Below are positions 42,631 through 50,867 of a stretch of 64,000 nucleotides of DNA, piece after piece. Below the pieces are notes generated by a model that did not search any database, was not told the DNA's origin, and saw only the letters and a program-made list of their open reading frames with translations. Position 1 is the stretch's first letter. Each line of letters starts with the position of its first letter. The DNA is from an uncultured Actinomycetes bacterium (GTDB taxonomy: Bacteria > Actinomycetota > Thermoleophilia > Gaiellales > JAICJC01), in contig CAWEYE010000006.1 of assembly GCA_963813245.1 (NCBI GenBank), forward strand, positions 42,815-106,814, given 5' to 3'. A program made the translations under genes and the position numbers.

Positions 42631-43550
42631 GCCGCTCCCGGGTCGGTGAGGTCGAAGAAGAGCTCCTCGAGTCCGCCGGCGGGGACGAGGGCGTGGATGC
42701 CGAGGCCCGCGGCGGCCAGCTGCAGCGACAGAGCGGCCACCGCGTCGCGGTCGGCCCGGAACACGACGCCGGTGCCGTCGGCGTGGGTGTCGCGGATGCC
42801 GGCGGCCGCGCGGCAGACGGCGAGTGCGGCGGCTGGGTCGGTCGCATCGAGGCGGTAGCGGCCCTCGCTTCGCTCCAGCAGGTCGGCGAGCGCGCCTTCG
42901 TAGCGGACGCGGCCGCCGCTCAGGATCGCAACGCGGTTGCACAGCGCCTCGACCTCGCCCATCAGATGGCTCGAGAGCAGCACGGTGATGCCCTCGCCGG
43001 CCAGCCGGCGCACGAGCGTGCGCATGTCGCGCATCCCGCCCGGGTCGAGGCCGGTGGTGGGCTCGTCGAGGACGAGCAGCTGCGGCCGCCGCAGCAGGGC
43101 GGCCGCGAGCCCGAGCCGCTGGCGCATGCCGTGCGAGTAGCCGCGCACGCGGTCGTGGGCGCGGCCCGCGAGCTCGACGATCGCGAGCACCTCGTCGATG
43201 CCCTCCTCGCCCCCGCCGTCGAGCGCCGCCAGCAGCTCGAGGTTCGCGCGCCCGCTCAGGTACGGGTAGAAGGCGGGGTCCTCCACGAAGCCGGCCACGC
43301 CCTCGAGCGCCGCGACCGGGTCGAGCACGGGATCGCGGCCGAAGATGCGCACCTCGCCCGACGTCGGCCGGATCAGGCCGAGCATCATCCGCAGCGAGGT
43401 CGTCTTGCCCGCGCCGTTGGGGCCGAGGTAGCCGTAGACATCGCCGATCTGCACGGTCACGTCGACGCCGGCCACGGCCTCGATCGCGCCGTAGGTCTTG
43501 CGCAGCGCCGTGGTCGAGACGGCCGGCGGGGCGGCGGCGGGCGTGCTCAC
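42627..43550 (-). CDS. ABC transporter ATP-binding protein
   Basis: GTG 43550 overlaps the upstream stop (GTGA). Walker A GPNGAGKTT, signature YSHGMRQRL, Walker B LLVLDEPTTGLD, H-loop SSHLM. 307 aa. Confidence 0.92.
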   Translation of the reverse strand: MSTPAAAPPAVSTTALRKTYGAIEAVAGVDVTVQIGDVYGYLGPNGAGKTTSLRMMLGLIRPTSGEVRIFGRDPVLDPVAALEGVAGFVEDPAFYPYLSGRANLELLAALDGGGEEGIDEVLAIVELAGRAHDRVRGYSHGMRQRLGLAAALLRRPQLLVLDEPTTGLDPGGMRDMRTLVRRLAGEGITVLLSSHLMGEVEALCNRVAILSGGRVRYEGALADLLERSEGRYRLDATDPAAALAVCRAAAGIRDTHADGTGVVFRADRDAVAALSLQLAAAGLGIHALVPAGGLEELFFDLTDPGAA

Positions 43551-44680
43551 AGGCCCCGCGCCACCGCTTCGATGACCGGCCGGGGCAGGCTGCCGAGCAC
43601 GGTGTAGGTGATCCCGCCGCGCGCGAACCGCACGACCGTGCCGAGCGGCGTCACGAGCTCGCGGCCGTCGGCGCCCGAGACCGACACCGACGGCAGCAGG
43701 CCCCAGAGGCCGCCGCCGGGGTCGCCGCCGCCGGGCTGTTCCAGCACGACGGCCGAGCCGAACGACCGGCCGTACACCAGCAGCCGGCCGGGGAGCTCGT
43801 TCGCGCGGCTGGCCTCGCGGCAGCTCTGCAGCGGCAGGCCCCCGAGCTGCGCCGGGGCCGTGCACGACACGGTCGCGCCGAGCGACGGAGTGCTGCCGAA
43901 GCGGACGGGCACCGGGTGCATGCCGAACGGCAGCTTCAGCCGGTACACCGCCGGATCGACCGGCCCGTAGTGGACGTTCGAGAGGGCGAACTCGACCAGC
44001 GGCTTGGGCTGGCCGCGGCCGTACACCTCGAGCCGAAGCGGCGTGCCCGTGTCTGCGTCGACCGAGAGCGACACCTTGGTCAGGAGGCCGGAGCTGCGGA
44101 TCGGCGCCATCTGCACGGTGTAGGACGGCCGTCCGGCGGTGACCCCGGGCTCGGGCGCCGAGATCCGAAGCGTCGAGCGCACGCGTCCGAGCAGCTGCGA
44201 GGCCCCGGCGAGGCCGCTGCGCAGGTGCGACAGCGTCGCGATCGAGGGCAGCGAGGCGGCGAACGCGGTGCCGTCGGAGGCGTCGTACATGAGCGCGTGG
44301 GTGCCGTGCACCTCGAGCTGGGTGTCGCCCTGGCTGGTCTGGAGCTCCAACCGCAGCCGCCCGTGGGCATACCAAAGCCGCCCGTCGGCGCCGGTGACGA
44401 GGGGCAGCGAGCTGCCCCCGGCGCTCGCCTGGGGGATGAGCGACGTGGTCGGGACGAGGGAGTTGGCGTAATGGAAGTTCGCGGTGATGCCCTCGGCGCC
44501 GGTGTTGCCGAGCTCGCGCAGGGTGAGCTCCGACAGGGTGGCCGGCTGCGGCGGGCGGGCACCGCCCGTGTCGAGCCCGGCGACCACGTTCGCGGAGACG
44601 AAGACGACGGCCACCGCGACGCCGACCGCCACGAGCCGCGCGGTCGACGCCTGACGCACCCAGAGGGTCAGCCTCGCCAT
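43547..44680 (-). CDS. Membrane-anchored extracytoplasmic protein, LolA/RseB-like fold suspected
   Basis: ATG 44680 (MARLTLWVRQASTARLVAVGVAVAVVFV, anchor) lies inside ORF 43547..44878. The stretch DGRLWYAHGRLRLELQTSQGDTQLEVHGTHALMYDASDGT resembles the LolA-like/DUF2092 lipoprotein-carrier pattern. This assignment is from memory and uncertain. Confidence 0.5.
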   Translation of the reverse strand: MARLTLWVRQASTARLVAVGVAVAVVFVSANVVAGLDTGGARPPQPATLSELTLRELGNTGAEGITANFHYANSLVPTTSLIPQASAGGSSLPLVTGADGRLWYAHGRLRLELQTSQGDTQLEVHGTHALMYDASDGTAFAASLPSIATLSHLRSGLAGASQLLGRVRSTLRISAPEPGVTAGRPSYTVQMAPIRSSGLLTKVSLSVDADTGTPLRLEVYGRGQPKPLVEFALSNVHYGPVDPAVYRLKLPFGMHPVPVRFGSTPSLGATVSCTAPAQLGGLPLQSCREASRANELPGRLLVYGRSFGSAVVLEQPGGGDPGGGLWGLLPSVSVSGADGRELVTPLGTVVRFARGGITYTVLGSLPRPVIEAVARGL

Positions 44681-44712
44681 AGGGCGGCCAGGATAGTGGA
44701 CCCGCGTGGGGC

Positions 44713-44745
44713 GGGGCCTGGCCCCGCTGAGCGGGGCCAGGCCCC
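44713..44745 (-). repeat. REP-like GC hairpin copy 2 (13-7-13), just after tkt
   Basis: GGGGCCTGGCCCC (44713-44725), gctgagc, GGGGCCAGGCCCC (44733-44745). The arms are identical to 31508-31540 and in the same orientation relative to the upstream gene. It lies 17 nt downstream of the tkt stop. Confidence 0.6.
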
Positions 44746-44762
44746 GATGTTCGCCCTGGCCG

Positions 44763-46604
44763 CTACCGCTTCGCGCCGACCAGCGACCGCACCGCGGTCG
44801 CGATGTGGGCGCGGTCGATCCCGGCCTGGTCGAGCAGCTCGGCCGGCGTGCCCGAGGTGGGCATGCCGGTCGGCGCAAGCCCGGTGACGGGCACGTTCAC
44901 GCCCGCCCCGGAGAGCGCCTCGAGCACGGCCTCGTGCAGCCCGCCCTCGGGCCAGTGGTCCTCGACTACCACGATCCCGCCGGTCGCCTCAGCGGCCTCG
45001 GCCAGCGTCGCGGCGTCGATCGGCTTCACCGAGTAGAGGTCGATCACCCGCGTCTGAATGCCCTCGCCCGCGAGCGTCTCGGCGGCCGCGAGCGCCTCGT
45101 GCAGGGTGATCCCCGCGCCGACGACCGTCACGTCGTCGGAGTCGGACGAGCGCGCGAGGCGCGAGCCGCCGATGGGGAACGGCTCGTCGGCCGGGTAGAG
45201 CACGGACGTGCTCTCGCGGGTGGTGCGCAGGTAGACGATGCCGTCGCGGTCGGCCATCTGCTCGACGAGCTTGGCGGTCTGGTTGGCACAGCTCGGGTAG
45301 AGCACGGTCGAGCCGTGCACGGCCCGGAACGAGGCCAGATCCTCGAGCGCCATCTGGGATGGGCCGTCCTCGCCGATCGAGACGCCCGCGTGCGAGCCGG
45401 CCAGGCACATGTTGGCCTGGCTGATCGCGGCCATGCGGGTGAAGTCGTACGCGCGGGCGAAGAAGGCCGCGAACGTCGAGGCGAACGGGCGCCAGCCGCG
45501 CACCTGCATGCCCACCGCCGCCGCCACCATCTGCTGCTCGGCGATGTACATCTCGAAGTAGCGGTCGGGATGGGCGTCCAGGAAGAGCTCCGAGTACGTC
45601 GAGTTGCCGACCTCGCCGTCGAGTGCGACCACGCGGCCGTCGCCCGCGCCGACCGCGACCAGCGCGTCGCCGTAGGCGCGCCTGGTGGCCACCTTCTCGC
45701 CGACGGCCCACGCCGCGGCGGCGACCTTCGTCGTCTCGAACCGGTGCGGGCGCCCGTTGGTCGGCGGCGCCTGCGGGCGCACCTGCAGGTCGCGCCGCCC
45801 GCCCAGCTCCGCGATGGCCGCATCCGGGTCGGCGAGCGGCTTTCCGTGCCAGCCGTTCTTGTTCTCGACCGCGGCGACGCCCTTGCCCTTGAGCGTGCGG
45901 GCGATGATCACCACCGGCTGACCGTCGGCGGCGGCCGCCGACTCGAAGGCGGCGTCGATCTCGGCCACGTCGTGGCCGTCGATCTCGATCGCGCGCCACC
46001 CGAACGCCTCCGCCCGGCGGGCGTAGACGGCGGTGTTCCACCCGAGCATCGTCTCGCCGCGCTGGCCGAGCCGGTTCACGTCGATGATCGCGGTCAGGTT
46101 GTCGAGGTTCTCGTGGGACGCCGCCGCGAACGCCTCCCACATCGAGCCCTCCGCCATCTCGCTGTCGCCGCACACGACCCAGACCCGGAACGGCAGCCGG
46201 TCGAGGCGTTTGCCGGCGAGGGCGATTCCGACCGCGATGGGCAGGCCCTGGCCGAGCGATCCGGTGGCGACGTCGACCCAGGGCAGGATCGGCGTGGGGT
46301 GGCCCTGGAAGCGCGAGCCCATCTTGCGGAAGCTGAGCAGCTCCTCGTCGGTGATCGCGCCCGCCGCGCGGAAGATGGAGTACACGAGCGGCGACGCGTG
46401 CCCCTTCGAGAACACCAGATGGTCGTTCAGCGGGTTCTCAGGCTGGTCGAAGTCGTAGCGGAGGTATTTCGCGAGCAGCACGGCCATCAGGTCGGCCGCG
46501 GACATCGATGAGGTGGGATGACCGGAGCCGGCGGCCGCAGCCGCGCGGATCGAGTCGACCCGCAGCTGCTGGCCAAGCTCGCGCCACTGTTCCTGCTCGT
46601 TCAT
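44763..46604 (-). CDS. tkt: Transketolase (short, ~610-aa form)
   Basis: ORF 44763..46604, 613 aa. ThDP motif GSGHPTSSMS, GDSEMAEGSMWEA, a pyrimidine-binding domain (EQQMVAAAVGM) and the C-terminal domain. Confidence 0.93.
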   Translation of the reverse strand: MNEQEQWRELGQQLRVDSIRAAAAAGSGHPTSSMSAADLMAVLLAKYLRYDFDQPENPLNDHLVFSKGHASPLVYSIFRAAGAITDEELLSFRKMGSRFQGHPTPILPWVDVATGSLGQGLPIAVGIALAGKRLDRLPFRVWVVCGDSEMAEGSMWEAFAAASHENLDNLTAIIDVNRLGQRGETMLGWNTAVYARRAEAFGWRAIEIDGHDVAEIDAAFESAAAADGQPVVIIARTLKGKGVAAVENKNGWHGKPLADPDAAIAELGGRRDLQVRPQAPPTNGRPHRFETTKVAAAAWAVGEKVATRRAYGDALVAVGAGDGRVVALDGEVGNSTYSELFLDAHPDRYFEMYIAEQQMVAAAVGMQVRGWRPFASTFAAFFARAYDFTRMAAISQANMCLAGSHAGVSIGEDGPSQMALEDLASFRAVHGSTVLYPSCANQTAKLVEQMADRDGIVYLRTTRESTSVLYPADEPFPIGGSRLARSSDSDDVTVVGAGITLHEALAAAETLAGEGIQTRVIDLYSVKPIDAATLAEAAEATGGIVVVEDHWPEGGLHEAVLEALSGAGVNVPVTGLAPTGMPTSGTPAELLDQAGIDRAHIATAVRSLVGAKR

Positions 46605-46718
46605 CGGGGCTCCTCGTCCGGGGGGGTGGATGCCGCGGCCGTGTGCGCCGCGGCCGAGGTCACTCTAGCCCGGAGCTGCCCCTTCGCTCGCAGTCGCAAA
46701 CGCTCCCGAGAACGGAAG

Positions 46719-46749
46719 CGGGCCCGGACGGACACCCCGTCCGGGCCCG
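46719..46749 (-). terminator. 13-bp stem-loop after the Flp pilin gene
   Basis: CGGGCCCGGACGG (46719-46731), loop ACACC, CCGTCCGGGCCCG (46737-46749). It lies 14 nt downstream of the flp stop. The transcript continues CUUCCGUUCUC (partly U-rich). Confidence 0.55.
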
Positions 46750-46762
46750 GATCAGAGCGGTC

Positions 46763-46942
46763 CTACAGCGAGGAGATGACGTTGTTGAGCGTGTTCTTGA
46801 TCGCCGTGCTCAGCAGACCGAGGGTGACGACGACGGCGATGGTGATCACGCCGAGGACGACGGCATACTCGGCCATGGTCTGACCGGCCTCGTCACGCAC
46901 GTCCGTGGACAGCGTGGTGAAAAACTCGTTGATGGGACTCAC
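46763..46942 (-). CDS. flp: Flp-family type IVb (Tad) prepilin
   Basis: This is the C-terminal 59 codons of shadow ORF 46763..47767: VSPINEFFTTLSTDVRDEAGQTMAEYAVVLGVITIAVVVTLGLLSTAIKNTLNNVISSL. It carries the Flp motif G/xxxxEY followed by a hydrophobic helix. There is no ATG; GTG 46942 lies inside GGGAGGTG, so the true start is uncertain. Confidence 0.75.
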   Translation of the reverse strand: MSPINEFFTTLSTDVRDEAGQTMAEYAVVLGVITIAVVVTLGLLSTAIKNTLNNVISSL

Positions 46943-47031
46943 CTCCCTGACAGGGATCGATGGGTTACCAGGTTTCACCCATCGAATCGGCGTTTTTCGG
47001 AAACGCCGGGATCGCCCTTCTGAGGGAAGTT

Positions 47032-47985
47032 TTATTGGACGTCGAGCAAGCGCAGCGCGGGCTCGAGCGCCCTCACGGAGGCCTCGGTGATCGGATCGAC
47101 CACGAGGATCGCCTCGTCGGCCCCTGCCTCGGCGAGCCCGTGCAGGTGGCGGGCGAGCGTCTCGGCGGCGCCGTTGACCGGCTCGATCCCCGGGTTCGGC
47201 GGGCGCTCGCCCGGGCGGCCGTTGACCGAGACGAGCACGCACGCGCTGCGCTCGATCTCGCCCTCGGGCCGGCCGGCCTTCCGGGCCGCCCCGTCGATCT
47301 CGGCGTTCAGCTCGGCGAAGCCCGCGACCGTGTTGCCGTAGCCGTCCCACCAGGTGTTCCAGGCGTCGACGTAAGGGAGGGCGATCCCGAGCATGCGCGG
47401 CCCGTTCGAGCCGATCACGAGCGGCGTGCGCCGCGCCGGCGGGGGCAGGAGCACCGCCGCGCCGGCCTGCCAGTAGCGGCCGTCCAGCGTGGCCGGCCGG
47501 CCGTCCAGCATCGTGCGGATGATCGTGAACGCCTCCTCGAAGCGGGCGACGCGATGGTCGTAGGGGATGCCGAACGCCTCGAACTCGGGCCGGTTCCAGC
47601 CGCAGCCGAGCCCGAGCACGAACCGGCCGCCCGAGACCTCGTCGATCGCCGCGGTCATGCGCGCGATCAGCCCGGGCGGGTGGAACCCGGTGCAGGCCAC
47701 GAGCGGCCCCAGGTGCACTCGGCGGGTGGCCGCCGCAAGCGCCGCCAGGGTCGCCCAGGCGTCCCACGGCCCGCGCTCGGGCCGGCCGTCCTCGCGGTAG
47801 AGCAGGTGGTCGCCGACCCAGATCGAGTCGAAGCCGACGTCCTCGGCCGCGGCGGCGATGGCGGCGTACTCCGGCCAGCGCACCTCGCGTTCGACCTCGG
47901 GCAGCTGGACGCCGATGCGGAGGGGGCGGGGCACGGCGCGCACTCTAGAGGGTTCGTCGCGACGCGGGAGTACGATGGGCGGCAT
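47032..47985 (-). CDS. LLM-class F420-dependent oxidoreductase
   Basis: ORF 47032..48009. The start is ATG 47985 or, better matching family N-termini, GTG 47943 (VRAVPRPLRIGVQLPE). GFDSIWVGDHL, GRFVLGLGCGWNRPEFEAFG. Confidence 0.85.
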   Translation of the reverse strand: MPPIVLPRRDEPSRVRAVPRPLRIGVQLPEVEREVRWPEYAAIAAAAEDVGFDSIWVGDHLLYREDGRPERGPWDAWATLAALAAATRRVHLGPLVACTGFHPPGLIARMTAAIDEVSGGRFVLGLGCGWNRPEFEAFGIPYDHRVARFEEAFTIIRTMLDGRPATLDGRYWQAGAAVLLPPPARRTPLVIGSNGPRMLGIALPYVDAWNTWWDGYGNTVAGFAELNAEIDGAARKAGRPEGEIERSACVLVSVNGRPGERPPNPGIEPVNGAAETLARHLHGLAEAGADEAILVVDPITEASVRALEPALRLLDVQ

Positions 47986-48205
47986 CGTGAGCGAACCACC
48001 GCCGAGCACGGCGACGGATCAAGACCTCATGCTCGGCGTCTTGCTGCAGGTGGCCGCGTGCGCTGGGGTGGTCGCGATCGGGATCCTGGTCTTGGCCGTG
48101 TCCGCCCCGCGGGGCGTCAAGTTCGTCGAAGCGGTCGCGCTGGCGATGCTCACGCTGCTCTGTCTGGCCGGCGGCCAGCTGCTGCAGCGGCCGCCGCGGG
48201 GCTGA
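47975..48205 (+). CDS. Small hypothetical membrane protein
   Basis: ATG 47975 lies inside ORF 47858..48205. Two hydrophobic helices (LMLGVLLQVAACAGVVAIGILVLAV; AVALAMLTLLCLAGG). G/C at codon position 3 is high. Confidence 0.45.
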   Translation: MGGIVSEPPPSTATDQDLMLGVLLQVAACAGVVAIGILVLAVSAPRGVKFVEAVALAMLTLLCLAGGQLLQRPPRG

Positions 48206-48224
48206 CCGACCCAACTCTGACCTA

Positions 48225-48308
48225 TGCGGATGAGAGGACTTGAACCTCCACGACCTTACGGTCACACGGACCTGAACCGTGCGCGTCTACCAATTCCGCC
48301 ACATCCGC
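48225..48308 (-). tRNA. tRNA-Leu (anticodon CAG), 84 nt, CCA not encoded
   Basis: The reverse complement is GCGGATGTGGCGGAATTGGTAGACGCGCACGGTTCAGGTCCGTGTGACCGTAAGGTCGTGGAGGTTCAAGTCCTCTCATCCGCA. It has a 7-bp acceptor, anticodon loop TTCAGGT, a long variable arm and T-loop GGTTCAAGTCC. Confidence 0.95.
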
Positions 48309-48321
48309 GGGAGCGCGAAGT

Positions 48322-49509
48322 TTACCCGGGTGCGCAGGCGCCCGTCACGAGATCGGCGATCTCCTGCGGCGCGTAGCCGGCCTCGGTCAGCACCTCGCGG
48401 GTGTGCTCGCCGAGCCGCGGCGGCGGCCTGCGGGCGCGCAGGCGCTCGCCGTCGACCTGCATCGGCGAGCCGATCATGCGCAGCGGCCCGGCCGTCGGGT
48501 GCTCGACGGTCTCGACGGTGTGGGCGGCCGGACCGGCCAGCGCGTCCGGCACCGACAGCACCGGGCCGCCGGGCACGCCGGCGCGGTCGAGCACGCCCAG
48601 CCAGTGCGCCACGGGCCGGGTCGCGAAGGCGCGCCGCAGCTCGGCCACGAGCCGCTCGCGGTGGGCGACGCGCAGGCGGTTCGTCGTGAACTCCGGGTCG
48701 GCGGCGGTGGAGCCCAGGCCGGCCTCGTGGCAGAAGCGGGCGAACTGCTCGTCGGTCCCGACCGCCAGGTTCACGTAGCCGTCCGCGGCCATAAACGTCT
48801 CGTACGGGACGATCGACGGGTGCGCGTTGCCGAGCCGCACGGGCTCGATCTCGCCGATCAGCCAGTCGCCGCCCCGGTTGGCGAGCCAGGCGACCTGGGC
48901 GTCGAGCAGCGACACCTCGAGCGTGGCCCCCTCGCCGGTGCGGCCGCGCCGCAGGAGGGCCGCCAGGATGGCGGAGCTCGCGAACTGGCCGGCGACGATG
49001 TCAGCGATCGCGACCGCGACCTTCATCGGCTCGCCGCCGGGCTCGCCCTGCATGCTCATGATCCCGCCGACGCCCTGCATGACGAAGTCGTAGCCCGGCT
49101 TGGCCGCCTCGGGGTGACCGGTCGGGTAGCCGCGGATCGAGCAGTGGACGACGGCCGGGGTGCGCGCGCGCACCGTCGCGGCGTCGAGCCCGAAGCGCTC
49201 GCCCGCGTGGGGCAGGAAGTTCTCGATGACGACGTCGGCGCTCGCCGCCAGCCGCTGGGCCACGCCGGCCCCGTCCGGGTGCTTGAGGTCGATGGCGATC
49301 GAGCGCTTGTTGCGGTTCACCTGCAGGAAGTAGGCGCTCTCGCCGGCCACGAACGGCGGCCCCCACTGGCGGCTGCCGTCGCCGCCGCCGGGCCGCTCCA
49401 CCTTGACCACGTCGGCGCCCAGGTCGGCGAGCATCATCGTGCAGTACGGCCCGGCCAGGATCTGGGTCAGGTCGAGCACCCGTACGTCGGCGAGGGGCAG
49501 GTCGGGCAC
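48322..49509 (-). CDS. CaiB/BaiF family (class III) CoA-transferase
   Basis: ORF 48322..49509, 395 aa. VRVLDLTQILAGPYCTMMLADLGADVVKVERPGGGD is the family N-terminal signature. Confidence 0.9.
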   Translation of the reverse strand: MPDLPLADVRVLDLTQILAGPYCTMMLADLGADVVKVERPGGGDGSRQWGPPFVAGESAYFLQVNRNKRSIAIDLKHPDGAGVAQRLAASADVVIENFLPHAGERFGLDAATVRARTPAVVHCSIRGYPTGHPEAAKPGYDFVMQGVGGIMSMQGEPGGEPMKVAVAIADIVAGQFASSAILAALLRRGRTGEGATLEVSLLDAQVAWLANRGGDWLIGEIEPVRLGNAHPSIVPYETFMAADGYVNLAVGTDEQFARFCHEAGLGSTAADPEFTTNRLRVAHRERLVAELRRAFATRPVAHWLGVLDRAGVPGGPVLSVPDALAGPAAHTVETVEHPTAGPLRMIGSPMQVDGERLRARRPPPRLGEHTREVLTEAGYAPQEIADLVTGACAPG

Positions 49510-49534
49510 GGCCGTCGATGTTAGAGGACGGGGC

Positions 49535-50005
49535 TCAGCTGCCGAGCTTGGCGAGCTCGGCCAGGGCCCACTCGCGGTGCTTGTCGGCCTTCACGTTCAC
49601 CTTCGCCGCCGCCACGTTGCCCTCGGCGTCGATCACGAAGCCCGACCGGATCAGGCCGATCGACGTCTTGCCGTAGCGCACCTTCTCGCCCCAGGCCCCG
49701 TAGGCCTCGGCGACCGCGTGATCCTCGTCGGCGAGCAGCGAGAAGGGCAGCGAGAACTTCTCGCGGAACTTGACGTGCGACTCCGGCGAGTCGGGACTGA
49801 CGCCGAGCACGGTCGCCCCGGCCCGCTCGAACTCACCCCAGCTGTCGCGGATGTCGCAGGCCTGAGTCGTACAGCCCGGCGTGTCGTCCCTCGGGTAGAA
49901 GTAGACGACCACGGGATGGCCGCGCAGATCGCTCAGCCGCACCGTGTCGCCGGCGTCGGAGCGCAGCGCGAAGTCGGGGGCGGGCTGTCCGGCCGTGACC
50001 ACCAC
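49535..50005 (-). CDS. bcp: Thioredoxin-dependent thiol peroxidase (Bcp-type peroxiredoxin)
   Basis: ORF 49535..50005 (GTG). VVVYFYPRDDTPGCTTQAC, peroxidatic Cys motif. Confidence 0.92.
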   Translation of the reverse strand: MVVTAGQPAPDFALRSDAGDTVRLSDLRGHPVVVYFYPRDDTPGCTTQACDIRDSWGEFERAGATVLGVSPDSPESHVKFREKFSLPFSLLADEDHAVAEAYGAWGEKVRYGKTSIGLIRSGFVIDAEGNVAAAKVNVKADKHREWALAELAKLGS

Positions 50006-50070
50006 GCCCGTAGGCTACCCGCCCGGCTCGCGCAGGCCGTCCACCACCCGGGCTGATAGCCTGCCCGGCC

Positions 50071-50430
50071 ATGCCTGTGGTGCACGCGATCGTGGGGTCG
50101 CTCCTGATCGTGGTCAACGCGCTCGTGGCCCTCTGGGGCGCCGTCGCCTACCGCCGCAACGCCCCGCCCGGCGAGCTCTTCCGCCAGGCGCTCGCGCTGG
50201 CGCAGACGCTCGTGATCGCGCAGGCCACGCTGGGCCTCATCCTGATCTCCCAGGGGCTGCGGCCGGGCGACCAGCTGCACTTCGCGTACGGGCTGCTACC
50301 CCTGCTCGCCGTTGCCTACCCCTATGCTTTGCGGGGTGAGGACGGGCGGCGAAACCTGCTGCTGTTCACGATCGGGTCGGGCCTCGTGGCCGCCCTGGGC
50401 GTGCGCGCATTCATGACCGGGCCGCATTGA
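50071..50430 (+). CDS. Hypothetical membrane protein (4 helices)
   Basis: ORF 50071..50430 (ATG). It is hydrophobic throughout. The stop overlaps the next start (ATGA 50427-50430). Confidence 0.55.
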   Translation: MPVVHAIVGSLLIVVNALVALWGAVAYRRNAPPGELFRQALALAQTLVIAQATLGLILISQGLRPGDQLHFAYGLLPLLAVAYPYALRGEDGRRNLLLFTIGSGLVAALGVRAFMTGPH

Positions 50431-50807
50431 TGAGCCGCGAGACGCTCAGAGGGCTCCTGATCGTCATCGGCCTGGCGATCATCTCGACGGTCTTCTTCCA
50501 CGTGTCGTCGAGCATCTTCGCGATCCTCCTGGGGACGATCGGGCTGATCTTCATCGTCCTCATGTGGTACTTCGGCTACGCCTGGTACCGGTCGAACCGG
50601 ATGACGATCTCGCTCATGCCCGACCGCCAGCGCCAGGCGCTCTACGCGGGCATGGGCGCGGTCACGGTGGCGGCCGGCGCCTACTCGCTGTCGCAGTTCG
50701 GGCTGCTGACGCTGGGCGGGTTCACGCTGCCGCTGGTGATCATCGCCCTGGCCGGCGGGTTCGCCATGTTGTGGGCCTGGGAGGAGTCGAAGCGCTACCA
50801 CCTGTGA
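50427..50807 (+). CDS. Hypothetical membrane protein (4 helices)
   Basis: ORF 50427..50807. It is hydrophobic and translationally coupled to the preceding gene. Confidence 0.55.
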   Translation: MMSRETLRGLLIVIGLAIISTVFFHVSSSIFAILLGTIGLIFIVLMWYFGYAWYRSNRMTISLMPDRQRQALYAGMGAVTVAAGAYSLSQFGLLTLGGFTLPLVIIALAGGFAMLWAWEESKRYHL

Positions 50808-50867
50808 GGCCCGCGGCCGGCGCCACGGGCGCGTAGGCCGTCCGGGGCATGGGTAGGAGGGCGCGAG

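Noticed and set aside
44706-46511. 601-aa plus-strand ORF, and similar ORFs at 29549..31342, 31327..32415, 32430..34754 and 8628..10007
   Set aside because: All are antisense to, or out of frame with, conserved genes (tkt, TetR region, kinase/regulator, LLM) and have shadow-ORF composition.
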